From positions 5,831 through 69,830 of the forward strand of contig CAYIYR010000001.1 in the NCBI GenBank assembly GCA_964367815.1: a stretch of 64,000 nt of DNA, written 5' to 3'. Source of the DNA: an uncultured Eubacteriales bacterium (GTDB taxonomy: Bacteria > Bacillota_I > Bacilli_A > RFN20 > UBA1709). The notes under the pieces were generated by a model that saw only the letters and a list, made by a program, of their open reading frames with translations, had not been told where the DNA came from and did not search any database. Every line of letters starts with the position of its first letter. Positions within the stretch are counted from its first letter, which is position 1. Of this stretch, positions 31,617 to 42,178 are shown piece by piece. Position numbers and translations under genes: made by a program.

Positions 31617-32039
31617 GTGAGCAGATTTATGAACAACATAACTCTAAAGCGGACAAAAGGCGACATTATCGTTATTATTGCTGCCGTTAGTTTAATAATT
31701 GCAATGTTGATTGCTCTTTTCAGCGTGCGAGGTAATAAAGAGAATAATGTTGTTACAGTCAAATATGACAATCAAGTTATTCACACAATGCATTTAAACA
31801 TTGATGAAACTTTCACAATGAAGCAAGCAGATTATGATAAGCTTCTAGGCGATTTAGTCATAGTTGTCGAAGATGGTGCGGTGCGTGTTGATGAACAAAC
31901 TTCCCACTACAATTATTGTGAATATATGGGCCCAGTATCTCAAAAAGGGACTTCAATTATCTGCGCACCAAATAGTGTTGTCATAACTATTGATGGTTAT
32001 GAAGATACTGGTGTCGATTGGCAAGGTGGTGGTAAATAA
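31617..32039 (+). CDS. NusG domain II-containing protein
   Basis: A single N-terminal TM helix is followed by a beta-rich domain. It sits immediately upstream of a Gx-transporter gene, which is the usual pairing. The start may be the ATG at 31629. Confidence 0.55.
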   Translation: MSRFMNNITLKRTKGDIIVIIAAVSLIIAMLIALFSVRGNKENNVVTVKYDNQVIHTMHLNIDETFTMKQADYDKLLGDLVIVVEDGAVRVDEQTSHYNYCEYMGPVSQKGTSIICAPNSVVITIDGYEDTGVDWQGGGK

Positions 32040-32533
32040 TGACAGTTAAAAAAATTGTGCGTTATGCCTTTCTTCTTGCAATTGCAATTTTGGTCAACTA
32101 CATTGAATCTTTAGTTGTCCTCCCCTTTGTTTTCCCGGGAGTAAGACTTGGACTAGCCAATGCTGTTGGCCTATTGGTTCTCTATTATTTGGGTGATAAG
32201 TACTATGCAGGATTTGGAATATTACGAGTAGTCTTAACAACTTTGTTGTTACGTGGCTCATTAACTGGTTTCTTGATTGCTTTGAGTGGTAATGTACTTG
32301 CAACTATTATTACATTGATTATCAAGCGGTTGAAAGTGTGCTCAATCTATGGGTTATCAGTTGTTGGTGCTATTTTTCATGGTATTGGTCAAGTAATTAT
32401 GGTGGCCATTCTTTATCAAACAGTATATATGTTCACTTATGTTATTGTTTTGACTATATCGGGTATTATAACGGGAATATTGGTTGCTTATGTCTCTTCA
32501 CTAATTGTCAAAAGAATGCCAAAACTCATATAA
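32039..32533 (+). CDS. Gx transporter family protein (heptaprenyl-diphosphate synthase component I-like)
   Basis: The product has 5 TM helices and the motif RLGLANAVGLLVLYYLG. The start overlaps the NusG_II stop. Confidence 0.65.
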   Translation: MTVKKIVRYAFLLAIAILVNYIESLVVLPFVFPGVRLGLANAVGLLVLYYLGDKYYAGFGILRVVLTTLLLRGSLTGFLIALSGNVLATIITLIIKRLKVCSIYGLSVVGAIFHGIGQVIMVAILYQTVYMFTYVIVLTISGIITGILVAYVSSLIVKRMPKLI

Positions 32534-32534
32534 A

Positions 32535-32569
32535 AAAATCGGTTCTTAATAAACCGATTTCTTTTTTTA
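32535..32569. terminator. bidirectional rho-independent terminator
   Basis: Hairpin AAATCGGTT-CTTAATAA-AACCGATTT is flanked by A7 and T8 runs. Confidence 0.7.
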
Positions 32570-34048
32570 TTTACCTAATTTTTCAAATGGTTGACCGCTT
32601 ATTTCTTCTAGATGTTTCTTAACTGATTCATCGGTAGTATTACGGTTTGTAATCTCATTTCTTATCATTGGATAAGTTAGATTATTAATAGGATAAAGGG
32701 TTGCGACCGTTAGTGATGCGATCAAGAGAATAAATGGTGCGAAAACCGCGAAGTAACGAATGCCATTTTTGATTGAAGCATCCATTCCTGCATAAATACA
32801 ACTATTATTATTGCCGCCACAGCTTTCAGCTAATTCTTCAATGCTATAATCAAGTGTATCTAGATATATACCAACGATAAATAACGCAATGGCTTGAGAT
32901 AGTTGTCTAATAAAGGTTAAGAATCCAGAATAAATTCCGTCTTTCTTTTTTCCGGAGATTAATTCTTCAACATCCATAACTTCAGGTAGCATAGCCCACG
33001 GTAGATAGGCAACACCGCCAGCACCAAGAGCCATGATGAAGGTAGGAATATAAACCATAATTGGATTGGCAGTTGCAGAGGCCATTATGAGCATGAGAAT
33101 CAAACCTATTGCCCAAATGGAAGCTCCAGTGACAAAGGCAAAGCGTTTGCCGATGACGTTCGCGAGTTTAATATAAATGAAAATTGATAGAATTTGAGTA
33201 ATTAAGAATATGCCCAAGAGAATGGTATAGGAACCGGGCATATTTAGGAACCATTTAACATAATACATCAAAATAGCCATAAATATATCCATTCCAGTAT
33301 AGGCCAGCAAATAGAGACCAAGCATTATTCTAAAGGAACGGTTTCTAAGAACCATTTTTGCGTTACTGAAGAAATCTTTAAAAATATGAACTTTTTCTTT
33401 GGGTTGGGCTTCACCAGGATGGTCAATTTCTTTAGTAGAAAGAAAGACAAAAATCCAAGGAATAGCATAGAAAACGCCAAAACAAAGAGCCATGACTAAG
33501 TAAGCGTAAGAATGTTCCTTTCCAACAAGATTAACTAGCATCATTGGAACAGTTCCAGCAATTAAGGTCGAGCAGTTTGAGAAAATCGCTCTAATTCCAA
33601 CGGTTCTATTTCTCTTTTTAATGTTGGTTGTTAATTCTGGCAACATCGCATGGTATGGAACCATTGTTAACGAGAAAGAAGTAGCAAACAACATATAAGC
33701 AAAGGTGTAGTAAATGATCTTAAACCAAAGCGGTAAAGTTTCCAAAGGAAGCCACAAAAGGGCAAATGCTGGAGCAATATGGAATATACCAGCCAAGAAA
33801 AAGATTCTTCTTCTGCCAACTTTTGAGCGGACTCTCTCACTTAATGAACCAATAAATGGATCGATGAAAGCATCCCAAATCTTTCCAACCAACATCATCG
33901 TGCCAACGGCAGCGGCACCGATATAAATGTTGTCGGTTAAGAAATTCATAAATAATAGACCGACTAATGTAAAAGCTCCTCCACCAAAAATGTCACCGGC
34001 ACAATAACCGAACATCCGTTTAGTAGTGAGTTTATCTTGTGTGTTCAT
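32567..34048 (-). CDS. MFS transporter, glycoside-pentoside-hexuronide (GPH) cation symporter family
   Basis: The product has 12 TM helices and a MelB/GPH-like N-terminus (FGYCAGDIFGGGAFTLVGLLFMNFLTD). Confidence 0.85.
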   Translation of the reverse strand: MNTQDKLTTKRMFGYCAGDIFGGGAFTLVGLLFMNFLTDNIYIGAAAVGTMMLVGKIWDAFIDPFIGSLSERVRSKVGRRRIFFLAGIFHIAPAFALLWLPLETLPLWFKIIYYTFAYMLFATSFSLTMVPYHAMLPELTTNIKKRNRTVGIRAIFSNCSTLIAGTVPMMLVNLVGKEHSYAYLVMALCFGVFYAIPWIFVFLSTKEIDHPGEAQPKEKVHIFKDFFSNAKMVLRNRSFRIMLGLYLLAYTGMDIFMAILMYYVKWFLNMPGSYTILLGIFLITQILSIFIYIKLANVIGKRFAFVTGASIWAIGLILMLIMASATANPIMVYIPTFIMALGAGGVAYLPWAMLPEVMDVEELISGKKKDGIYSGFLTFIRQLSQAIALFIVGIYLDTLDYSIEELAESCGGNNNSCIYAGMDASIKNGIRYFAVFAPFILLIASLTVATLYPINNLTYPMIRNEITNRNTTDESVKKHLEEISGQPFEKLGK

Positions 34049-34150
34049 AGTTAACCTCCATGTATAAAACGATTATACATTATTTATAATAATATAACTA
34101 CCAAAATGAAGTTAAATCATTTACAATGATAATATAAAGAAGGTGTGCAA

Positions 34151-34744
34151 ATGAAAGACCCAAAACTAAGTGAGTTCATTGAACAATTAAGTAGTGATAG
34201 TCCTACTCCAGGCGGTGGCGCAGCAGCGGCATATGCAACGGCGATGGCACTTTCTTTAGCGTTGATGAGCATCAATGTCTCGAAAAAGCGCAAGAAATTT
34301 CTTGCTTTACCACAGCAGGAACAGGATCGAGTTTCTAAAGTGATTTGTTGGTTAAATGACCTTCAAAAAGAATGTTTCAAGATACAAGAAAGTGATGAAA
34401 AAGCCTTTGAAGGCTATATGAAGATATATAAGAGTGATAAAAAAGAAGAAATTGAGAAGGCCGCATTTCTTTGCTATAACATTCCCTTTAAATTATTGGA
34501 ATTGAATTTTAAAGCGATAGAGATGATTTTGTTTCTAAAACAATACATTGTGTCTAGTATTATTAGCGATTATAAAATGGCATTGGAGATGTGCTGTTCA
34601 AACATCAGATGCTGCATTATAAATATGACAATTAATATTAAGAATATAACTGACAAAGACATTATCGATGAGTATAACAATTCAAAGCTGATTGCAGAAA
34701 ATGCCATTAAACGAATTGTTAATTTGCAAGGAGAGATCGAATGA
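34151..34744 (+). CDS. fchA: methenyltetrahydrofolate cyclohydrolase (cyclodeaminase/cyclohydrolase family, FTCD C-domain-like)
   Basis: The product has the [18 protein letters not shown] motif. It leads the fhs-folD operon. RBS AAGAAGGTG precedes the ATG at 34151. Confidence 0.8.
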   Translation: MKDPKLSEFIEQLSSDSPTPGGGAAAAYATAMALSLALMSINVSKKRKKFLALPQQEQDRVSKVICWLNDLQKECFKIQESDEKAFEGYMKIYKSDKKEEIEKAAFLCYNIPFKLLELNFKAIEMILFLKQYIVSSIISDYKMALEMCCSNIRCCIINMTINIKNITDKDIIDEYNNSKLIAENAIKRIVNLQGEIE

Positions 34745-36405
34745 AAACTGATATAGAGATTGCTCAAGAGCATAGAAAATTACCGATAATTGAAATCGCG
34801 AATAATCTTAGTATACCAGAAGATTATTTGGAGTTTTATGGTAAATATAAAGCAAAAATTAACCTTGATTATATGGAAAAGCTTTTAACGCACAAGGATG
34901 CAAAGCTTGTTTTGGTTACCGCCATTACACCAACCAAAGCCGGCGAAGGTAAAACAACAACAACCATTGGTATTGGCGATGCTCTAAAAAAGATTGGTGC
35001 CAAACCGGTTATCTGTTTAAGAGAACCATCAATGGGGCCAGTATTTGGCATTAAAGGCGGAGCCGCAGGCGGTGGTTATTCACAGGTGGTGCCTATGGAA
35101 GATATCAATTTACATTTTACTGGCGATATGCATGCCATAACTAGTGCAAACAACTTAATTTCGGCTTGTCTTGATAATTCAATCTTTCAAGGCAATGAGC
35201 TAAACATTAATCCCGGACGTGTTGTTTGGAAGCGTTGTTTAGATATGAACGATAGAGCTTTGCGACAAGTAGAAGTTGGTATGGGTAAGAACAATGGCAT
35301 AGAAAGAAAAGATGGATTTGTTATTACGGTTGCCACCGAAGTGATGGCTATTATGTGTTTAGCTAAAGATCTTGAAGACTTTAAAGATAAAATTGGTCGT
35401 TGTATTGTTGCCTACACCTATGATGAACAAGCGGTTACTGTTAAGGACTTAGGTGTAGTGGGATCTGTTGCCTTATTAATGAAAGATGCCTTAAAGCCAA
35501 ATCTTGTTCAAACATTAGGAGGAACGCCAGTTCTTATGCATGGTGGACCATTTGCAAACATTGCCCATGGATGTAATTCATTAATTGCAACTAAAATGGG
35601 ATTGAAACTTGGAGATATAGTTGTTACCGAAGCTGGATTCGGTGCTGATTTGGGCGCCGAGAAGTTTTTTGATATTAAGTGTAGAACCGGTTTTCTAAAA
35701 CCAAATTGTGTTGTAATAGTCGCTACAATTCGTGCTTTAAAGATGCATGGTGGTGAAGACAAAAACAACTTAAGTGAAGAGAATGTTGATGCATTAATAG
35801 CGGGTTTTCCAAATCTTAAAAAACACATCGAGAATGTTCAACAATTTGGTCTGCCCTATGTTGTAGCAATCAACAAATTTCCGAGCGACACCGACAAAGA
35901 AGTGGAAACTTTATTGAATTTGTGTAAGCAGGGTAACCATCCGGTTTGTTTAAACGATGTTTATGCAAAGGGTGGAGATGGAGCAATAGAGATTGCTAAA
36001 AAGATTGTTGATTTGGTTGATAATAATAATTCGCTTAAGTATATCTACGAGTTAAATGAACCAATTAAAGATAAGATTAGTAAGATATGCACTAAGATAT
36101 ATGGTGCTAAAGATGTTGTCTATTTAGATTCTGCTGAGGAAACGCTGCATGTAATTGAAAAGAATGGATATCAGAACGGTTTTATTTGCATGGCCAAAAC
36201 ACCCAATTCATTGTCAGATAACGATAAGCTGATTGGTAGACCAAAAGATTTTACTATTACTGTAAAAGAAATAAGATTGTCCGCTGGCGCTAATTTTATT
36301 GTAGTGCTAACTGGAGCTGTTATGACAATGCCTGGTTTATCAAAGACACCGGCAGCCACCAAGATTGATATCTTGAAAAATGGCGAGATTGTGGGGTTGT
36401 TCTAA
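34741..36405 (+). CDS. fhs: formate--tetrahydrofolate ligase
   Basis: The product has [19 protein letters not shown] and [15 protein letters not shown] signature motifs. It overlaps fchA by 4 nt. Confidence 0.95.
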   Translation: MKTDIEIAQEHRKLPIIEIANNLSIPEDYLEFYGKYKAKINLDYMEKLLTHKDAKLVLVTAITPTKAGEGKTTTTIGIGDALKKIGAKPVICLREPSMGPVFGIKGGAAGGGYSQVVPMEDINLHFTGDMHAITSANNLISACLDNSIFQGNELNINPGRVVWKRCLDMNDRALRQVEVGMGKNNGIERKDGFVITVATEVMAIMCLAKDLEDFKDKIGRCIVAYTYDEQAVTVKDLGVVGSVALLMKDALKPNLVQTLGGTPVLMHGGPFANIAHGCNSLIATKMGLKLGDIVVTEAGFGADLGAEKFFDIKCRTGFLKPNCVVIVATIRALKMHGGEDKNNLSEENVDALIAGFPNLKKHIENVQQFGLPYVVAINKFPSDTDKEVETLLNLCKQGNHPVCLNDVYAKGGDGAIEIAKKIVDLVDNNNSLKYIYELNEPIKDKISKICTKIYGAKDVVYLDSAEETLHVIEKNGYQNGFICMAKTPNSLSDNDKLIGRPKDFTITVKEIRLSAGANFIVVLTGAVMTMPGLSKTPAATKIDILKNGEIVGLF

Positions 36406-37235
36406 TGATTTTAGATGGTAAAAAAGTAGTTGAAGCTAGAAAGACTGAGCTAATAAAACAAGTAGAGGAATTTAAGAGCCAGGGTTTGATGCCAAGACTC
36501 GCTATTCTTCAACCAAATTCAGACCAAGCTTCTCTTTCCTATTTGAGAAGTCGGATTAAACTTGGCAAAGAACTAGGTATTGAAGTGTCTTCACTTGATT
36601 TCGAACAAAGCATTAGTAAAGAAACATTATTAAAAATGATAGAGCCATTGAATATCAATGATGGGTTTTGGGGAATAATGGTTGATAAACCGTTACCTAC
36701 ATATATGAACGCTGATGAGATTGATAATTCAATCGATCCATCAAAGGACATTGACGGGTGCACTTTTCTCAATGCGGGTAAACTAAGTCAAGGCAAACAG
36801 TGTTTGGTCCCGTCAACCGCCCAAGCTGTGGTTGACTTATTGAAATTCTATGATATTTCTTTGGTTGGTAAAAAGGTAACAGTAGTGGGAAGAAGCAAAA
36901 CAGTAGGAGCTCCTGTTGCACAGTTATTGATTCAAGAAAATGCAACGGTTACTGTCTGTCATTCTAAGACTCTCAATTTAAAAGACGAGTGTAAGAATGC
37001 GGATATATTGATAGTTGCCATGGGAAAGAAAAAGTTTATTACAAGCGAATATGTATCGGAAAAATCGGTGATTATTGATGTTGGAATACATGAGGACAAT
37101 GGAAAAATCTGTGGGGATGTCGATGTCAGCGCATTACAGAAATGTGCGAGTTATTCGCCGGTTCCTGGCGGAGTTGGTCCTTTGACAACCCTCGAGTTAT
37201 TTGTTAATCTTCTTAAGACTAGGATGGTGAGATAA
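36405..37235 (+). CDS. folD: bifunctional methylenetetrahydrofolate dehydrogenase/methenyl-THF cyclohydrolase
   Basis: MILDGKKV...PVPGGVGPLT is typical of FolD. It overlaps the fhs stop by 1 nt. Confidence 0.95.
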   Translation: MILDGKKVVEARKTELIKQVEEFKSQGLMPRLAILQPNSDQASLSYLRSRIKLGKELGIEVSSLDFEQSISKETLLKMIEPLNINDGFWGIMVDKPLPTYMNADEIDNSIDPSKDIDGCTFLNAGKLSQGKQCLVPSTAQAVVDLLKFYDISLVGKKVTVVGRSKTVGAPVAQLLIQENATVTVCHSKTLNLKDECKNADILIVAMGKKKFITSEYVSEKSVIIDVGIHEDNGKICGDVDVSALQKCASYSPVPGGVGPLTTLELFVNLLKTRMVR

Positions 37236-37236
37236 A

Positions 37237-38124
37237 ATGTGGCAAGAAATAGTTGATTGGTATAATGCAATTGAATGGCCTAATGTCTTGGATATAGTTA
37301 TTAGAGTAATAATCTTAACAGTAATTGTATTTTTGGCTTACAAAATACTGCTAATAGTCATTAAAAAAGCACTGGCCTTTAATATCAAATGGAAGAAGAA
37401 AGATACTAATGGTCAAAAACGAATTGAGACAACCTATTCGCTCATTCGTTCAATTATGCGCTATTTTGCTATACCGGTTTATATAATCTTTTTACTACCA
37501 ATTTTTGGTGTTAATCCATCAACGGTTTTTGCAAGTGCTGGTTTAGTTGGTATTGTTATCAGTTTTGCCTTTCAAGATTTACTTAAAGATATAACATCGG
37601 GCCTATTTATCATTTTTGAAAAAGTTTATGAGGTTGATGATTACATTGAAGTTAATGGTTTTTCGGGAAAGGTCAAGAAAATAGGCGTAAAAAACACGGT
37701 GCTAGAATCTTGGACTGGTGAAATATGCACGATGAATAATCGTGATGTTGGGAATGTAAAAAATTATACTAAAGCCGAAAAAGCGATATGTGTGAATTAC
37801 TTTACGGTTTCCTATGATACAGATATTAAAGAAGTTCAAAGAGTTTTTGCAAAAGAGATAAAAGCAATTTCAAAGAATTATCCCGAAATATTGGTACTGC
37901 CCGAGATAAAAGGGGCCAACTCATTGGCCGGCAATGGAATCGAATTTCAAGTTAATACGGTCGTAAAACCCGAAACACATTGGCAATTCAGAAGATCATT
38001 TAATTTGGAACTATCGGATATGTGTAAACGAAATGGTTTTAAATCACCGCGTGTCATGGTGGTTACCGAAGAAACAGAAGTCACAAAAAAGAAAACACAG
38101 GTAAGAAAAAATGGAAAGACCTAA
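37237..38124 (+). CDS. small-conductance mechanosensitive channel (MscS family)
   Basis: Three TM helices are followed by an MscS beta-domain. The gene begins 2 nt after the folD stop. Confidence 0.85.
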   Translation: MWQEIVDWYNAIEWPNVLDIVIRVIILTVIVFLAYKILLIVIKKALAFNIKWKKKDTNGQKRIETTYSLIRSIMRYFAIPVYIIFLLPIFGVNPSTVFASAGLVGIVISFAFQDLLKDITSGLFIIFEKVYEVDDYIEVNGFSGKVKKIGVKNTVLESWTGEICTMNNRDVGNVKNYTKAEKAICVNYFTVSYDTDIKEVQRVFAKEIKAISKNYPEILVLPEIKGANSLAGNGIEFQVNTVVKPETHWQFRRSFNLELSDMCKRNGFKSPRVMVVTEETEVTKKKTQVRKNGKT

Positions 38125-38311
38125 GTATGATTTGGGCGATATTGTTGAACTAAAAAAAGAGCATCCATGTGCTACTAGAAGTAAAAAATGGCAAATTATT
38201 AGACTTGGAGCCGATATTAAAATAAAGTGTCTTGGATGCGGAGCTATTGTGATGTTGACAAGATATGATTTTGAGAAAAGAATTGCAAAGGTAATTGGAA
38301 AGTCGATATAA
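38111..38311 (+). CDS. DUF951-family small protein
   Basis: The 66-aa product (DLGDIVELKKEHPCATRSKKWQIIRLGADIKIKCLGCG) has a KOW/zinc-ribbon-like fold. It overlaps the mscS 3' end by 14 nt. Confidence 0.55.
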   Translation: MERPKYDLGDIVELKKEHPCATRSKKWQIIRLGADIKIKCLGCGAIVMLTRYDFEKRIAKVIGKSI

Positions 38312-38314
38312 AGA

Positions 38315-38341
38315 TATAGGATTGTCTCCTATATTTTTTTG
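38315..38341 (+). terminator. rho-independent terminator ending the fchA-fhs-folD-mscS-DUF951 operon
   Basis: Hairpin ATATAGGA-TTGTC-TCCTATAT is followed by TTTTTT. Confidence 0.7.
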
Positions 38342-38367
38342 TGTTCTCTCAAACAAATAAGAAAATG

Positions 38368-38395
38368 GTTGAAAAAAAACTCTCTTTATTTATAA
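38368..38395 (+). promoter_or_regulatory. putative sigma-A promoter of the orphan gene
   Basis: TTGAAA, a 16-nt spacer, then TATAAT. It lies about 150 nt upstream of the ATG at 38546. Confidence 0.35.
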
Positions 38396-38545
38396 TAAAG
38401 TTGAAGTATAAAGAGTTTATAGCAATGATAAGATAAAGATTTAAGAGTAATGATTGAGAAAAGATTAGCAAGTTTTATGGTATTTCTGTTTTTTTGTAGT
38501 TTATTCTATGCCGCCGAATTAATAGACTAATAGGGGGAATCAAAA

Positions 38546-39850
38546 ATGAAAAAGAGAATAATTATTTTAGTTTGTTTTCTAGCTGTAATTCTTGTGCTAG
38601 GCTCTATTGATGGAATCCAAAGAATTGTTTCGGAATTTAATGATCCAGTTGAAGTCACAGAAAATGATAGGTATTCCAGCTATACTAATAGCAATCGTAC
38701 CTTAGTGGAAGTTGCGAATAATGCCAATTATTATGATGTTGTTGTTCTACAAAAAGATGAAAGTGATTTTTATATTCATCGGCCAATAGAAGGTGGTTTT
38801 GATAGCAAGATAATTATTGGAGAAACTTTCTCAAAGCTCAATTTATTGGGAATTTCTTATGTTAACAACTTAAGGGACGCCTCAATTGTTGGTACAAATA
38901 AAACATACTTAGTATATGGGGTGGGAGAAAAAGCAAACGGATCAGTATTTACAATCTGTCTTTGGTATTCTTCTGCTGGGGAATTAATATCAACATCTTA
39001 TATTCCGGATGTCTACGCATCATCAGTAATATTTGCAAGTAATGTCAATAGTGAAAGAACAATTCTACTATGTGGTCAGAAGAATAAATTACCTTATGCA
39101 GCGTTCTATAATTCTAATTTTGTCTTTCAAAAAGATTGGACAGCAGGGGCATCGTTTGATGGCATGAGTTGTATCAATGCGTATTTTTTAGATGCCGCTA
39201 GTTATTCGGGACAACAAGAAACTAGGTTTGTTGCAAAAATGGGTATAATAACGGATTTGTTGAGTAAATCCAAGTATGAAACTTATAAGTTATGCATGTT
39301 TTATCGCTTTGATGCCGCTGAAGTAAGCACTTGTGATTTCCACGAAATCTCAAACAATAATCACATAACTTACCATGTATCTAAATATGCTCAGCAATTA
39401 TTTTTGCGAATAGATGGAGATAAAGCATACATGCATATTGAAGCAAAGCAATTTGTCAACGATAATCGTCCGGCAACCAGCATGAGCTTTTCCGATAACA
39501 AAGAATATGTTTTCAATATTGTAACGAAATCTAATCGCGAGCCGTATCAAATATCAGTGAATTTTTTAAAAAAGAATGAAAGCAAAGAGAATAAACTATA
39601 TTTACCAAAGAGTTCAGCAAAATATGAAATTTTGTCTAGTGTTGGAGCCTATAAATATATTTTAGGATCATATGATGAAAAACAAGGGTATGCCGTGTTC
39701 CAATGGGTTGCCTTATCATCATCATTTGGAGAAACACCAGATTTTGGATATAGAACATATATTAAAATGAGCCTAGATGAATATACGGATAAGATCATAC
39801 CAATCTATCCGGGATTAGTAATAACCTCCAAGAAAATATACTCTTTCTAA
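38546..39850 (+). CDS. hypothetical exported or membrane-anchored protein (434 aa)
   Basis: An N-terminal signal/anchor helix is followed by a large domain with no motif I recognise. It is monocistronic between two terminators. Confidence 0.5.
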   Translation: MKKRIIILVCFLAVILVLGSIDGIQRIVSEFNDPVEVTENDRYSSYTNSNRTLVEVANNANYYDVVVLQKDESDFYIHRPIEGGFDSKIIIGETFSKLNLLGISYVNNLRDASIVGTNKTYLVYGVGEKANGSVFTICLWYSSAGELISTSYIPDVYASSVIFASNVNSERTILLCGQKNKLPYAAFYNSNFVFQKDWTAGASFDGMSCINAYFLDAASYSGQQETRFVAKMGIITDLLSKSKYETYKLCMFYRFDAAEVSTCDFHEISNNNHITYHVSKYAQQLFLRIDGDKAYMHIEAKQFVNDNRPATSMSFSDNKEYVFNIVTKSNREPYQISVNFLKKNESKENKLYLPKSSAKYEILSSVGAYKYILGSYDEKQGYAVFQWVALSSSFGETPDFGYRTYIKMSLDEYTDKIIPIYPGLVITSKKIYSF

Positions 39851-39866
39851 TAAAAGATAAATAGGA

Positions 39867-39894
39867 AATCGGTTTTGGCCGATTTTCTTTTTTT
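39867..39894 (+). terminator. rho-independent terminator
   Basis: Hairpin AATCGG-TTTTGG-CCGATT is followed by TTTTCTTTTTTT. Confidence 0.6.
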
Positions 39895-39956
39895 GACATA
39901 TTTAGGTAAATAATTGGTAATTAGTACAAAAAAGGCTTATTTTATAAGGCTTTCAT

Positions 39957-39985
39957 CTTGCAATAATACAAACGATTATTTATAA
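39957..39985 (+). promoter_or_regulatory. putative sigma-A promoter of hppA
   Basis: TTGCAA, a 17-nt spacer, then TATAAT. Confidence 0.45.
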
Positions 39986-40030
39986 TAATGTGGTTGGTGA
40001 AAACCATTTTTTATCAAAGGAGGGGTTTTG

Positions 40031-42130
40031 ATGCCCATGATTATGGCAGGATTCTTTATGGAATTTACTGCAATTATTCTCGTCACAATAGTTGGCGTAT
40101 TAGGTGTTCTTTACACATTCTATTTGAAGAGTAAAATCAACAAAGAAAAAGTTGAAGATCCTAAGATGGCTGAAATTCAGTCATACATTAAAGAGGGAGC
40201 GATGGCATTCCTAAAACGCGAATATAAAACACTAGCAATTTTTGCTGCTGTTCTATTTATCGCCATTGGTTTTGGAATTTCATGGTGGACCGCAATCTGT
40301 TTCCTCTGTGGAGCAGGTCTATCTGGACTAGCAGGATTCTTAGGCATGAGAGCTGCGACAAGCGCTAATGCTAAAACAGCTGCTGCTGCCCAAAAATACG
40401 GCATGAGCAAGGCACTACAAGTTGCTTTCTCAGGCGGTTCTATTATGGGCCTATGCGTTGTTGGCTTAGGCTTAGGTGGATTAAGTTTAGTCTTTGTTAT
40501 TTTTGAATCAGCTATTGGAAATGTTTCCCAAGTCGCTGATATTATTACTGGTTTCGGCTTAGGCGCTTCTTCAATCGCTTTATTCAGCCGTGTCGGTGGT
40601 GGTATTTATACTAAGGCCGCTGATGTTGGTGCTGACTTAGTTGGTAAAGTAGAAGCCGGAATTCCTGAAGATGACCCACGTAACCCAGCCGTTATCGCTG
40701 ATAACGTTGGTGATAACGTTGGCGATGTCGCTGGTATGGGAGCCGATTTATTTGAGTCTTATGTTGGTGCAATTATTTCTGCAGTTTCATTGGGAGCCTT
40801 TATGACTGGTCTCCAAACTCAAAGTGTAATTTATCCAATGTTCTTATCTGGAATTGGTATTATTGCTGCGATTCTTGGCGGTCTATTTGTCAAGGGTGAC
40901 AAAAATCCTGCCAAAGCTTTAAAGAAAGGAACCTATGCTGCTTCTGCTATTGTTGTTGTTGCAGCGTTAGTCCTAAGTATTCTTTATTTCAATAACGATT
41001 GGTATAAAACCTTCTTCTCAGTTGTTATCGGCCTAGTAGTTGGAGTTATTATCGGTAGCATTACAGAGATCTTTACATCAGGCGATTATAAATTTGTTAA
41101 GAAGATTGCTGGACAGTCCGAAACTGGACCAGCCACAAACATTATCTCTGGTTTATCAACTGGTATGATGTCAACTTGTATTCCTGTCATTTTAATTAGC
41201 GTTGCTATTTTGGTGGCTTATTATGTTAGTGGTGGTAGTACCAATCCAACCTCAGGCGTTTATGGTATTGCTTTAGCTGCTGTTGGTATGCTATCAACAA
41301 CCGGTATTACTGTTGCTGTTGATGCTTATGGCCCAGTTGCTGACAATGCTGGCGGTATTGCTGAAATGGCTGGATTAGATGAGAGTGTTAGAGATATTAC
41401 TGACCAATTAGATGCAGTTGGAAATACAACTGCTGCTATGGGCAAGGGCTTTGCAATTGGTAGTGCTGCTTTAACTGCTTTAGCTTTATTTGTTACATTT
41501 ATCTTTAGTTTTAACGCCAAAACTGCTGTTGATATTACTACCCAATTAAATTTGGCATCACCTTCTGTAGTTGTTGGCTTATTAATTGGTGGTATGTTAC
41601 CATTCCTCTTCTCAGCCTTGACAATGGCAAGTGTTGGAAAAGCCGCTTTTGAAATGATTGAAGAAGTCAGATCACAATTTAAGAATGATGCTGGTATTAT
41701 GGCTGGAACAAGCAAACCAAATTATTCTAGATGTGTTGATATCTCAACCAAAGCCGCTCTAAAAGAAATGATTGTTCCTGGTGTCCTAGCTATTGTTGCT
41801 CCAATCGTTATTGGTGTCTTACTTGGATATCAAGGCTTAGCTGGTCTATTAGCTGGATCTTTAGTCACTGGTGTTTTGATGGCAATCTTTATGTCCAACG
41901 CCGGTGGTGCTTGGGATAATGCTAAGAAACTAATCGAATCAACTGGAAGAAAAGGAACTGAAGTTCATAAAGCTGCCGTTGTTGGTGATACTGTTGGTGA
42001 TCCATTCAAGGATACCTCCGGTCCATCTATCAACATTCTAATTAAGCTAATGACTATTGTTGCTGTTGTCTTCATTCCATTATTCTGTGCCATCTGTGGT
42101 GGTATGGGATTAATCGGATTTATTCAGTAA
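40031..42130 (+). CDS. hppA: membrane-bound Na+/K+-stimulated pyrophosphate-energized pump (V-type PPase)
   Basis: The product has about 16 TM helices and signature motifs ([57 protein letters not shown]). RBS GGAGGGG precedes the ATG at 40031. Confidence 0.9.
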   Translation: MPMIMAGFFMEFTAIILVTIVGVLGVLYTFYLKSKINKEKVEDPKMAEIQSYIKEGAMAFLKREYKTLAIFAAVLFIAIGFGISWWTAICFLCGAGLSGLAGFLGMRAATSANAKTAAAAQKYGMSKALQVAFSGGSIMGLCVVGLGLGGLSLVFVIFESAIGNVSQVADIITGFGLGASSIALFSRVGGGIYTKAADVGADLVGKVEAGIPEDDPRNPAVIADNVGDNVGDVAGMGADLFESYVGAIISAVSLGAFMTGLQTQSVIYPMFLSGIGIIAAILGGLFVKGDKNPAKALKKGTYAASAIVVVAALVLSILYFNNDWYKTFFSVVIGLVVGVIIGSITEIFTSGDYKFVKKIAGQSETGPATNIISGLSTGMMSTCIPVILISVAILVAYYVSGGSTNPTSGVYGIALAAVGMLSTTGITVAVDAYGPVADNAGGIAEMAGLDESVRDITDQLDAVGNTTAAMGKGFAIGSAALTALALFVTFIFSFNAKTAVDITTQLNLASPSVVVGLLIGGMLPFLFSALTMASVGKAAFEMIEEVRSQFKNDAGIMAGTSKPNYSRCVDISTKAALKEMIVPGVLAIVAPIVIGVLLGYQGLAGLLAGSLVTGVLMAIFMSNAGGAWDNAKKLIESTGRKGTEVHKAAVVGDTVGDPFKDTSGPSINILIKLMTIVAVVFIPLFCAICGGMGLIGFIQ

Positions 42131-42133
42131 AAT

Positions 42134-42160
42134 AAACCGGGGTTAAATCCCCGGTTTTAT
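42134..42160. terminator. bidirectional rho-independent terminator
   Basis: Hairpin AAACCGGGG-TTAAAT-CCCCGGTTT lies between convergent hppA and marR. Confidence 0.7.
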
Positions 42161-42178
42161 TTATTTTTTTATAAGTGC

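Noticed and set aside
34049-34150. A possible ZTP (pfl) riboswitch upstream of the fchA-fhs-folD operon
   Set aside because: The 100-nt region is AT-rich promoter sequence. It has neither the conserved GGGUCGUGAC...CCGGGCGGAC pseudoknot elements nor a GC-rich helix.
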